Assembly (NCBI GenBank): GCA_046563655.1
Contig: CM102286.1
Coordinates: 1,364,001 to 1,428,000, forward strand
Reading direction: 5' to 3'
From: Yuukianura sp. NJ FZ-2021
Taxonomy: Eukaryota
Length of the DNA: 64,000 bases
The notes below the pieces were generated by a model. That model did not search any database. It saw nothing but the letters and a program-made list of their open reading frames with translations, and was not told the origin of the DNA. Below, in pieces: positions 63,825 through 64,000 of the stretch. Position 1 is the stretch's first letter; each line of letters begins with the position of its first letter. The translations under genes were made by a program, and so were the position numbers.

Positions 63825-64000
63825 CTACAAAAATAAACAATTCAATTAATCAATTAATCCTAAGTAGGTATAGATTCACTGAAGACAAGATCAGGACAGT
63901 GAAGGGAAAAGCGTAACATTCCAAATAAAGCATAAACGTAGAAAATACGTTCACCGAAAATAATGAAAAGTAAATGCAACAAAACAAAAATAAAAAACAA

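Overview
Gene-dense eukaryotic DNA with short GT-AG introns, from an arthropod. The divergent ionotropic-receptor style, a retained ferroportin and a Src42A-type kinase suggest a springtail-like or other non-insect pancrustacean; this is inference only. Gene order: divergent ionotropic receptor (-, partial), ferroportin (+), truncated LHPP copy, an ~11 kb repeat-rich island, intact LHPP (+), RNPS1 (-), COLGALT/GT25 (+), IFT70/TTC30 (-), an LRR single-pass membrane protein (+), ARMC9 (+), a long RCC1-repeat gene (-, claret/GLO-4-like) whose 8.6 kb intron holds five antisense tetraspan paralogs, a 100-N gap, ATF7IP/windei (-) and Src42A (-, partial). The most notable observation is inside the island and largely invisible in the ORF track: a secreted ~260-aa protein built from phase-0 exons that each start on a Cys codon. 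Two of these exons have the C-x5-C-x3-C-x8-C-x4/5-C-x-C spacing of CS-alpha-beta (scorpion short toxin/defensin) domains. Many non-autonomous DNA transposons are present, including a DINE/HINE-type element inserted directly against the receptor start codon. All calls come from manual reading; no database searches were run.
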